Shown here one piece after another: positions 1 through 7,790 of a stretch of 16,211 nt of DNA. Position 1 is the stretch's first letter. Each line of letters opens with the position of its first letter. The translations under genes were made by a program, and so were the position numbers. The notes beneath the pieces were generated by a model. It was not told the origin of the DNA and made no database searches. It worked only from the letters and a program-made list of their open reading frames with translations. Origin of the DNA: an uncultured archaeon (GTDB taxonomy: Archaea > Asgardarchaeota > Lokiarchaeia > Sigyniarchaeales > Promethearchaeaceae); the NCBI GenBank assembly GCA_964426185.1, contig CAYRPF010000026.1, positions 1 to 16,211 of the forward strand, written 5' to 3'.

Positions 1-9
1 AAAAAAAAG

Positions 10-155
10 ACGCTGCGAAACGAAAAATCCTATTTCTACATCCGAACCATTTATTCGGTAAGATTTTGAACCTGATTACAGCATAATTATACCACAACTT
101 TACTGCTAATCTGTTTGTGCACGGTGTTACTGCTTAGAATGCAAAACCGTTGTAT
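10..155 (-). ncRNA. Candidate structured non-coding element with three hairpins (strand tentative)
   Basis: Inverted repeats at 121-125/146-150, at 74-78/107-111 with inner pairing, and at 42-46/54-58 nested in 24-29/62-67. It is flanked by minus-strand T tracts, and no ORF is evident. Confidence 0.35.
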
Positions 156-159
156 AATG

Positions 160-226
160 AAGAAAAAAGAAATAAAGAATAGAGAAAAGGAAAGAAAGGA
201 AAAAAAAGAATTCCGTTTACCACGGA
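160..226 (-). terminator. Probable selD terminator: small hairpin followed by a long pyrimidine/U tract
   Basis: TCCGT-GGTAA-ACGGA hairpin (226-212), followed on the minus strand by about 50 nt of T/C-rich sequence including T runs. Confidence 0.55.
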
Positions 227-228
227 GG

Positions 229-265
229 CTCAGGAGAAAACTTAAAGTTTACTCTTCTCCATCAC
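229..265 (-). promoter_or_regulatory. Eukaryote-like SECIS element in the selD 3' UTR
   Basis: The minus strand reads GUGAU-GGAGAAGA-GU-AAA-CUUUAAG-UUUUCUCC-UGAG. This gives an RUGA/GA core, an 8-bp helix (253-260 with 233-240) and an unpaired AAA (248-250) 11 nt after GUGA. It lies 44 nt downstream of the stop of a gene with an in-frame UGA. Confidence 0.85.
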
Positions 266-309
266 TGCATTGAAGAACTAAGTTCTAAGCAAAATAGCCG
301 CCAAAAAGC

Positions 310-1362
310 TTAGTAATCTTCAATTTCTCGATAGATGATCTTTTCATCAAATTTCACGCCATTTAAACCCGCTTCGATCACACCTATTTCCATCCACCAA
401 ACATTTGAAGAAGTCATCATTGTGGTGAAATCATCCCAGACATCCAAACCTACCGCAATCAACATCGGTCCGGCGATTTCTGATGATTCACCCTCTGCCA
501 AACCATAGCAAAATAGATCGTCCAACTGTAATGCATAGGAAATCACCGGTAATTGAGTAATACGTGCACCCATATTGGTATTCAACAACATCTCCTCTAA
601 ATGCCCTTTGAAGCCAAAACCGGTAATATCTGTCATTGCGTGAATTCCCTCAAAAAACCGCCCAGAATGAATTATTTCAGGAATCGGTTTATTTGATGTA
701 GTCATTATTTTGGTAGCTATTGAAATGGCACGATCGATCTTACTTGTATCATAGTCCTTCATCCAAGAAGTATCTGCCTTTTGTGCACGGTCAGCAGCCA
801 TTACAGGATGAATTCCCAGTGGTTTGGTTAAAATAAGGTGATCTCCAGTTTTTATGCCGCGTTTCTGGATTAGATGTTCGGTTTGTGCGATGGCATCAAC
901 GCTGCCGCCTAATAATGGCCAAGGATTCTGAATGGTATGTCCTCCTGCAATATCGGAGCCAAGACTCTTCAGCAAATCACGAGTTCCCCGCAACATATCT
1001 TGTGCAAACTTGGGCGGTAAATCAGTAGGTAAGCCCAAGAAACAACTGTAATTTAATATATGAAGTGCATTTAATGCATAGATATCATTGGTTACATTAA
1101 CAGCTGCAATTTTTCCCATGATATAAGGGTCATCATGAATCGGTGTTACAATATCCAGATTTGTTAAAAGACTTTGAGTCTCAGAGATGGCGGTGATGGC
1201 GCAATCTTCTGCGTCTGCATTTAAACCGACTTGATTTAGCAAATTTGAGAGATCTAAGGCAGGAAGTTTACAAGATCATCCATGTAGTTGTGTTTTTTCG
1301 GTCAATCGATAGCCTGTATTGGGTATTTTCTTAAAGATTACGGGCTGTCGTTTAAAACTAAT
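310..1362 (-). CDS. selD: Selenophosphate synthetase (selenide, water dikinase), selenocysteine-containing; about 350 aa with Sec29, probable ATT start
   Basis: The track ORF 310..1242 has SelD motifs (EDCAI, TPIHDDPYIMGKIAAVNVTNDIYA, GGHTIQNPW, LILTKPLG, HAMTDITGFGFKGHLEEM). Manual translation upstream in the same frame gives ISFKRQPVIFKKIPNTGYRLTEKTQLHG-TGA(1276-1278)-SCKLPALDLSNLLNQ, the RLT...G[C/U]xCK catalytic motif. The frame is closed by TAA at 1363-1365. The start codon is inferred: ATT 1360-1362 after the SD, with TTG 1303-1305 as the alternative. Confidence 0.95.
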
Positions 1363-1367
1363 TTAAT

Positions 1368-1375
1368 TCACCTCC
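1368..1375 (-). promoter_or_regulatory. Shine-Dalgarno GGAGGTGA of selD
   Basis: Perfect complement of the canonical 16S 3' tail (UCACCUCC), 5 nt upstream of the in-frame ATT. Confidence 0.8.
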
Positions 1376-1455
1376 ACGTGTTATGTGTAATATTTTTTAT
1401 GATTTAATAAGTATATTGATATAAATGAGAACGATTCAGCAAAAAATCCCCAAAA

Positions 1456-4350
1456 TTATAAAATAATTTCCATTTCTTTCTGTAAAGTAGATAATTTTCC
1501 GAAAGGATTTTGGTAATTGATATTCAGCAGCCACCTCTTCAATTCATACTTTGTTGCTCTTTCTTTTTCTATTTTGAAAGTCCAACGTAAAATACGGACG
1601 GATTCGGGTTCAAATTCTCGAATAACTAATTCTAATGGATCACTCTGTCCAGGTTGAATCTTGAGAAAAGATGGATGCAGGAAAATTAAACTAAAATTGT
1701 TTAGAAAGAATTTTGTTGGATTATGTATTCTTAGATCAAAAATAATCTTATTTCCGATAATTTCCACCTTTCGATGCAGCTTAAGGAAATTTTCTCCCAG
1801 TGCCTTGGTGGGTTGAACCAGAGAATTATTACGAATCTCAGCAATAATTTTATGCTTTTTCAGAAGTTTAAAAACCGAATTTTTCAACTCTTCAATGGGT
1901 ATAGAATAAACACGAGCAAGTTGAAGAAATGAAAGTGGATTCATGTAACTTAAATATTCATTAATTTCTGCCGCAAAGATCTCTTCTTCAATAGAATCTT
2001 GAAATTCATCAAGAAGATTCATTAATTCTAATTTAGTTTTATTCCAATTCATGAAATAATTCTGCAATTCTTCAGAATTTATTCCTGAAAGATCGATTGT
2101 ATCTATTTTTTGGTAAACACTATCAATTTCCTTATTGTATTCTTCTACAGTATTAGAAATATTGTCAAAAGTCATTTTGACCATATTGCGCGCTTCTTTA
2201 AATCGTCGTTTTTTAATTTCTATAAAAATAGGGGTAGTAAGCTTGTCAAAATTTATTTTCATGTCACGAATATTTTGGACGGCTTGCAAAACTATCTTTT
2301 GTAGATTACTATTCAAAAGGTCAAATGTTATCTTTTTCTTTAGTTTATCTTGCTCGGGTGTCGGTGTTTTGATGGATTTTTCGAGATCTTTTATTCGATA
2401 AATTACGGTGGAAAGATATTGTTGGATTTCGATTTTTACATCAACCCAAAACATAGTTATATCTTTCAAGGCTTCTTTAAATTCGAGATTGGTAACCCAT
2501 AATTGCCCGATTTCAAATTCAAATGTATATAAATCTTTCCGAACCTGTGAAATCTTTTCTAATAATAATTCGGACACGGAATTCCCAAAAGATAAGGGAT
2601 CATCTTGGAATTGAGTTTCTATTTGTTCAATTTCTTCATATGTTGCCTTCATTTGTTCAATACGCTTTTTCAATTTTGAGATTTCTTTATTTAATTCATC
2701 TAGATAAGAATCCTTACGTTCTGAAATCATATTAAGTATCATATATTTTACATCAGAGATATTTTCTAAAACTTCTTCCTTGATTTCTTTGAATTCTTGA
2801 ATAGATTCCATAGAAAATCGTTTGAATTCGGACTTATTTAATAATTCTTCCATTTTATTTAATTTTTCGACTATTTTATTACTTTCTTCTTCCATATAGA
2901 CTTCTGCTTTTTGAAATTGATTTTGATTGATCAGTTTTTCGGCGTTTATGCGCAAGTCTTGTACAAATTGATGAAAAATCTCCAAGCTTTGATAAAAATT
3001 TTTTCGCTCTGCTTCAATTTCTTGGATATCTTGGTCAATATCTTCAAACAAAGTGTGAATTTTGGTGAGAGAAGCATCGATTTCATCCAAAACATCTAAA
3101 TCTTTTTCCTCTTTTTTATAATTCTGTAGATTTATAGCCGACCATACTGCTACTGATTTAATTCGGAGAATGTAAGTTAAATCGCCGAGTAACTTTATGA
3201 TTTGTTTTCGTTGGCGCCAATTTTCGGGATCTAAACTTAAATACATTCGGGCAAGTTCTTCTTCAAAAATATCACTCTTCTCTGAATATATTTTAATCAG
3301 ACAATCACTCACAAATTTCCTAAATTTCACCCCTGCATCTACTAATTGATGAAATAATATAGGTAGCATTTCTTTCATGTTTTGAACAACTATAAAAATA
3401 GAAGATTCCGTAATTCCTTCTAATACATCTTGGGAAAGATTATTTTCTTCAATGTACTGACGGAAAAATTTAAGAAGGGCAGGGCCTTGAACCCTACCAA
3501 CTTTAACAAAAGCATCAATGGTTTTAGTTTGAACCATCATGATGGAATCAGAAAACATATCAATTAAACGATGAAATAAAAGGATAAAATCATTAAAGAA
3601 AGAAGAACCAATCTCACCTACAATCCAAATTCCTTTTTCTCGAATTTCCCAGTCACCATCATTTAATAGCAGCAGAAGCATATCCACTAAATCGGCTCCG
3701 GTTAGGTGATGTGCTAAAGCTTTAACTACCTCGGTGGTTAAACCACGAATTTCTTCATCTGGATCTCGAATAAGCTTTATGAAATTCTGCTGAAAGATTT
3801 TTAGAAAATTCTTAGGGAGTTGAGAAGGAGATTTAATAAATTCCAACATACCTTCCAAAGCTTTCGCCCGAACTCGCCAAGAAGGATCTTCAAACATCTT
3901 AGAATATGTCAAATAAAGATCGGGATAATAATCAAAGGATTTCTGTAAAATTTCAGCTAACAATATCACTGCAGATTCACGCACTTTCTTATCTACGTCG
4001 AATAATTTTGATTCACATTTCTCAATAATTTGATCAAATTTCGAAATATCTGTATATCTGAAGATTTTTCGTAGAATTAAAAGAATTTCTTGCCGAATCC
4101 AAAATTCTTTATGATCTAAAAGTATTGGAGCATGCTTCATGGTCAATTCTACAGATTGTGCACTCTTATCACATAGAGCATCATAAACTTCCAAACAAAA
4201 AGCTAAAAAATCTTCATATTCAGATTGTAGCGCATATAAAAGAAAATTATTCGTTCGTTCTAAGGCTAATTCGTATCGGCGACTCTTAATTGCTTCTTGG
4301 ATAGAATGGATAAATTTATTACTGCTATTAGAAATTTCGGGATTGAACAT
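1456..4350 (-). CDS. 964-aa HEAT-repeat / coiled-coil protein with a PCI-like winged helix and a C-terminal beta-sandwich (Ig/appendage-like) domain
   Basis: HEAT signatures (LLDHKEFWIRQ, LFDVDKKVRESA, FEDPSWRVRAKA, IRDPDEEIRG, LNDGDWEIREKG, DPENWRQRK), then a heptad-rich middle. LSFLQLARVYSIPIEELKNSVFKLLKKHKIIAEIRNN resembles the PCI winged helix. The last ~105 aa show alternating beta-strand patterns. Confidence 0.8.
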   Translation of the reverse strand: MFNPEISNSSNKFIHSIQEAIKSRRYELALERTNNFLLYALQSEYEDFLAFCLEVYDALCDKSAQSVELTMKHAPILLDHKEFWIRQEILLILRKIFRYTDISKFDQIIEKCESKLFDVDKKVRESAVILLAEILQKSFDYYPDLYLTYSKMFEDPSWRVRAKALEGMLEFIKSPSQLPKNFLKIFQQNFIKLIRDPDEEIRGLTTEVVKALAHHLTGADLVDMLLLLLNDGDWEIREKGIWIVGEIGSSFFNDFILLFHRLIDMFSDSIMMVQTKTIDAFVKVGRVQGPALLKFFRQYIEENNLSQDVLEGITESSIFIVVQNMKEMLPILFHQLVDAGVKFRKFVSDCLIKIYSEKSDIFEEELARMYLSLDPENWRQRKQIIKLLGDLTYILRIKSVAVWSAINLQNYKKEEKDLDVLDEIDASLTKIHTLFEDIDQDIQEIEAERKNFYQSLEIFHQFVQDLRINAEKLINQNQFQKAEVYMEEESNKIVEKLNKMEELLNKSEFKRFSMESIQEFKEIKEEVLENISDVKYMILNMISERKDSYLDELNKEISKLKKRIEQMKATYEEIEQIETQFQDDPLSFGNSVSELLLEKISQVRKDLYTFEFEIGQLWVTNLEFKEALKDITMFWVDVKIEIQQYLSTVIYRIKDLEKSIKTPTPEQDKLKKKITFDLLNSNLQKIVLQAVQNIRDMKINFDKLTTPIFIEIKKRRFKEARNMVKMTFDNISNTVEEYNKEIDSVYQKIDTIDLSGINSEELQNYFMNWNKTKLELMNLLDEFQDSIEEEIFAAEINEYLSYMNPLSFLQLARVYSIPIEELKNSVFKLLKKHKIIAEIRNNSLVQPTKALGENFLKLHRKVEIIGNKIIFDLRIHNPTKFFLNNFSLIFLHPSFLKIQPGQSDPLELVIREFEPESVRILRWTFKIEKERATKYELKRWLLNINYQNPFGKLSTLQKEMEIIL

Positions 4351-4491
4351 AATTCTTCAGCGAATTTGTTGCTTCGTATTTATCTACAATTACATAAAAA
4401 GAATCTCTCTTATATTTTTTTATTTTGCTTTAGGATCAAAAAGCCGAAAATCTCGTAAATTTCATAAATTAGGGATTACTTTGAATTATTG

Positions 4492-6057
4492 ATGGCGAAG
4501 AAGAAAAAAAAAGCCGTGGCAAATCAAGATGATTTGTCAATGGAAGATTTAGGCATAACTCCGAAAGAACCCGTGAAGAAGACTTCTGTGAAAAAATCTA
4601 CTTCTAAGAAGACATCTGCGAAGAAATCCTCCGCAAAAAAGACCACTTCGAAAAAGACTTCACAGAAAAAAACAACTTCCAAAAAAAAATCTCCAAGGAA
4701 AACAACAAAAAAAACATCATCCTCAAAAAAATCCACCAGTAAGAAAACAACCTCAAAATCATCTAAGTTATCATCCATAAAATCCTCAGAAAATCAAGAT
4801 TTTATTCAATCTTCATGTAATGTTGGATTAGTTGGTCATGTAGATCATGGCAAAACGACCTTAGTGAAGGCATTATCAGGAACTTGGACAGAAAGATATA
4901 GCGATGAACAAAATCGGGGAATTACCATCAAATTAGGCTATGCTGAAACGGTTATTATGGAATGCCCGCAATGCAACTTAGTTCTTACAGAAGAATTAGC
5001 AAATAAAGCCCGAAAAAGTAAAAAAGATCCAAAGGGAAGATGTCCCGAATGTGGAGTCCCTTTAGAATTTCGCCGTAGAATCAGTTTTGTCGATGCTCCA
5101 GGTCATGAAATATTGATGGCCACAATGCTTTCAGGAGCATCTTTGATGGACGGTGCCATTCTTTTAATTGCAGCAAACGAGGATTGCCCTCAACCTCAAA
5201 CCAGAGAACATCTAGCAGCCCTTGAAATTGCAAAAATAGAAAATATCATCATTGTTCAAAATAAAATAGATTCGGTTAGCAAAGAACGAGTTATTGAACA
5301 TTATCACCAAATTAATGATTTTATAAAAGGAACCATTGCAGAAAATGCTCCCATCATTCCAGTATCTTCAATATTTGACGCAAATGTAGACAAAGTTATT
5401 GAAGCAATAGAAAAATATATCCCCTCACCAGATCTTGATGACGAATCAGATTTCTTATTCAATGTAGCCAGATCTTTCGATGTTAATCGACCTGGAACAC
5501 TCATTCAAGATTTAAAGGGAGGTGTTATTGGAGGAAGCATAGTCTCTGGTGTGGTTCATGTAGGTGATGATATTGAAATCAAACCTGGATTAAAAGATCC
5601 CGAAACAGGGAAATATCATCCTGTAATTACTAAAGTGGCATCTATTTATGAGGGATCTCATCCCCTCGAAATGGCTCGACCAGGTGGTTTGATTGCATTC
5701 GGAACATTACTAGATCCATCAAATACTAGAACTGACCAACTGATCGGCTCTGTTGTCGGCGCGGTAGGCACCCTTCCCGATGTTAAAATGACTGTACAAA
5801 TCGAAACTCATTTATTGGATACCGTTTTAGGAGCAGAAGAAGAAATAAAAGTTCAGCCTATTAAGAATAACGAACTTTTAATGATTGTTGTTGGAACATC
5901 ATTATCCGCGGGAGTTGTTACTAAGATTGGGAAGAAGAATGTTGTTACTTTGAAATTAAAAAGACCGCTGTGCGCTGTTGAAGGATCTATCACTGCAATA
6001 AGCCGTAGAATCAAAAATCGTTTCCGATTAATTGGATATGGATATATCGTAAATTAA
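4492..6057 (+). CDS. eif2g: Translation initiation factor 2 subunit gamma (aIF2-gamma) with a ~105-aa N-terminal Lys/Ser/Thr-rich extension
   Basis: GHVDHGKT P-loop, RGITIKLGY, Zn knuckle CPQC...CPEC, FVDAPGHEILMATMLSGA, PQPQTREH, QNKID, RSFDVNRPG, KGGVIGGS and C-terminal RLIGYG. ATG 4492 is preferred over TTG 4489. Confidence 0.97.
   Translation: MAKKKKKAVANQDDLSMEDLGITPKEPVKKTSVKKSTSKKTSAKKSSAKKTTSKKTSQKKTTSKKKSPRKTTKKTSSSKKSTSKKTTSKSSKLSSIKSSENQDFIQSSCNVGLVGHVDHGKTTLVKALSGTWTERYSDEQNRGITIKLGYAETVIMECPQCNLVLTEELANKARKSKKDPKGRCPECGVPLEFRRRISFVDAPGHEILMATMLSGASLMDGAILLIAANEDCPQPQTREHLAALEIAKIENIIIVQNKIDSVSKERVIEHYHQINDFIKGTIAENAPIIPVSSIFDANVDKVIEAIEKYIPSPDLDDESDFLFNVARSFDVNRPGTLIQDLKGGVIGGSIVSGVVHVGDDIEIKPGLKDPETGKYHPVITKVASIYEGSHPLEMARPGGLIAFGTLLDPSNTRTDQLIGSVVGAVGTLPDVKMTVQIETHLLDTVLGAEEEIKVQPIKNNELLMIVVGTSLSAGVVTKIGKKNVVTLKLKRPLCAVEGSITAISRRIKNRFRLIGYGYIVN
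4576..4755 (+). repeat. Degenerate 5-residue KK[ST][ST]x coding repeat in the aIF2-gamma N-terminus
   Basis: KKTSV-KKSTS-KKTSA-KKSSA-KKTTS-KKTSQ-KKTTS-KKKSP..., divergent at the nucleotide level. Confidence 0.9.
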
Positions 6058-6081
6058 TTAGAAAAATTAGAAAAAAAATTT

Positions 6082-6570
6082 TTATAAGTAAAATGATGAT
6101 CCTGGATCATCTTCATCCTCGTCATCATCATCATGCTTTTTCTTCCTTTTTAGCAAATGATCCATAATATTTTGAGAGATTTCATTTAAAGTTTCGGGAT
6201 CTAAATCTATACCTATGTCCTTTAGGTCATCAAGATTTTTACCAAAAGGGACCACTTTCACATCAAATTTGGTGTTTTTCATTTGCTGTGCTTTAATTTT
6301 ACGTTCTTTCTCGCGGTATGCCAAGTTTTTCTTGATTTCTTTCCCGTGCTTTTTGTATAACTGATTAATGATGGTTTGTATGAGTTCTTTTTCTAAATCT
6401 TCGGCTTCAAATAACATCAGTTCATCAGCACTGTATTTTTGCTCGAGAAATTGGATTGCCTCATCAATAGTCGCATGGCTAGGTGAAATCGTAGTGCTTT
6501 TTCTAACTTGACTTGATACAATTGCCCAATTAATAATGGCCCAAATAGGGTTACGGGAATTTTCGTTCAT
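6082..6570 (-). CDS. Hypothetical 162-aa protein with an acidic tail and C-terminal FYL (HbYX-like)
   Basis: ATG-started ORF filling the gap between eif2g and the MBL gene, with a TTTTAAAA TATA-like box about 30 nt upstream. It ends KRKKKHDDDDEDEDDPGSSFYL. Confidence 0.8.
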   Translation of the reverse strand: MNENSRNPIWAIINWAIVSSQVRKSTTISPSHATIDEAIQFLEQKYSADELMLFEAEDLEKELIQTIINQLYKKHGKEIKKNLAYREKERKIKAQQMKNTKFDVKVVPFGKNLDDLKDIGIDLDPETLNEISQNIMDHLLKRKKKHDDDDEDEDDPGSSFYL

Positions 6571-6733
6571 ATTTTTCGCTAAGTACTAGATCGAATTGTG
6601 CTTTTAAAAGTTAAGCATTAAGAATGATTCCTTTTCATCGAAAAAAGTGCGAAATTTTAAACAAAATTTCATGATATATATGAAAATATAATTAGAAATT
6701 TATTTCAATAATGGAATAATTAAAAAGAATATT

Positions 6734-7762
6734 ATGGTAATCGTAAAGACATCTGGTGAAATTTCTCCAAATTTATATATGTTGGATACAATGCAATTCA
6801 ATGTTTCACACATAACCACTGCATTCTGCTACTATGATGGCGAAAATGCTTTACTCATGGATGTTGGAACCTCAGATAATGTGCCCACCGTGTTACGTGC
6901 TTTGAAAAAGTTAAAAATACCCTTAAAACATTTACGAGGTATCACCCTAACACATTATCATTTCGATCATGCTGGAGGGGTTAGTAAATTATGGAAAAAA
7001 GTTAGTAAAAAAGTTCCCGATTTTAAGATATATACTACAAAATTCACTAAGGAAAAACTTCAAAATGCCGAATCCCACGTTGTTGGAGCCACAAGCACGT
7101 TTAATGAATTTGTAGGTACAATGAAACCAATTTCTGATGAATTTGTTAATGATGCATATGTATTACTGGATGAAGAAAATCCAAAAGTGGACTTGACGAT
7201 TCCAATTGATTTTTCTATGGGTGCAAAAATTAAACTAGTTCCTACTCCTGGACATTGTCCAGATCATGTATCTCCATCCATATTCTTCAATTCATCGACT
7301 TCACCCCAATTTTTATTTGGTGGTGAGGCTGTTGGAACATTCTACCATGAAAGCGAGCTAATGTCAGCAGCCACTTCCATGCCCCCAAATTTTCAATATA
7401 ATCTTTACATGGAATCATTGAAAAAAATTCAAGATTTAAATCCAGAAATTTTAGGTGTTTGTCATTACGGTGCAATTAAGGGAAAAAATGCAGTGAAGGA
7501 ATATTTAGAAGATCAGACAAATTATATGCAAGATTTGGTAATTGCAATAAAAAAACACTATAATGAGAATCCCAGCGTTAGATATATTATTGAACAATTG
7601 AAAAAAGATCGTTTACATGTTAATAATCGTGTGGGTAATCGATTTGTAGACAACCCAACCAGCAATCATTTCTTGAGTAACCTCCAATTAGCCTTGACTT
7701 ATGGGATTTTGATAGATCTAGGTTATCGAGAATCAAAATACGAAGAACGAGTGGTAAAATAA
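6734..7762 (+). CDS. MBL-fold metallo-hydrolase
   Basis: LLMDVG, THYHFDHAGG (HxHxDH), TPGHCPDH, GEAVG and CHYG motifs. Confidence 0.93.
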   Translation: MVIVKTSGEISPNLYMLDTMQFNVSHITTAFCYYDGENALLMDVGTSDNVPTVLRALKKLKIPLKHLRGITLTHYHFDHAGGVSKLWKKVSKKVPDFKIYTTKFTKEKLQNAESHVVGATSTFNEFVGTMKPISDEFVNDAYVLLDEENPKVDLTIPIDFSMGAKIKLVPTPGHCPDHVSPSIFFNSSTSPQFLFGGEAVGTFYHESELMSAATSMPPNFQYNLYMESLKKIQDLNPEILGVCHYGAIKGKNAVKEYLEDQTNYMQDLVIAIKKHYNENPSVRYIIEQLKKDRLHVNNRVGNRFVDNPTSNHFLSNLQLALTYGILIDLGYRESKYEERVVK

Positions 7763-7790
7763 GGAAAAAAGAATTCATGTCAAAATGATT

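Noticed and set aside
40-120. Possible tRNA-Sec (TTCAAA on the minus strand near 64-70)
   Set aside because: No acceptor stem or cloverleaf can be built around it.
222-268. Fluoride (crcB) riboswitch resemblance (GAUGGAG...UAAAC...UGA..CUCC)
   Set aside because: It lacks the P1 complement after GAUGGAG and lies 3' of a gene. The SECIS fold explains the sequence better.
1240-1242. Track start of selD at TTG 1242, or selD as a pseudogene
   Set aside because: This start would remove the catalytic motif. The TGA sits exactly at the Cys/Sec position and a SECIS-like hairpin is present, so recoding is the better explanation.
1215-1275. Bacterial-type SECIS immediately after the UGA
   Set aside because: I find no convincing stem-loop in the coding sequence 3' of the TGA.
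2110-3099. Short plus-strand ORFs inside the HEAT gene
   Set aside because: Antisense shadows of a long real CDS with no recognisable motifs.
4524-5504. Minus-strand ORFs, including the FFEVV-repeat 84-aa ORF
   Set aside because: Antisense reading of the Lys-rich repeat and G domain of eif2g.
4492-6057. GTPase as SelB/eEFSec because it is near selD
   Set aside because: The motifs (LMATMLSGA, PQPQTREH, RSFDVNRPG, Zn knuckle, ending at RLIGYG with no domain IV) are diagnostic of aIF2-gamma.
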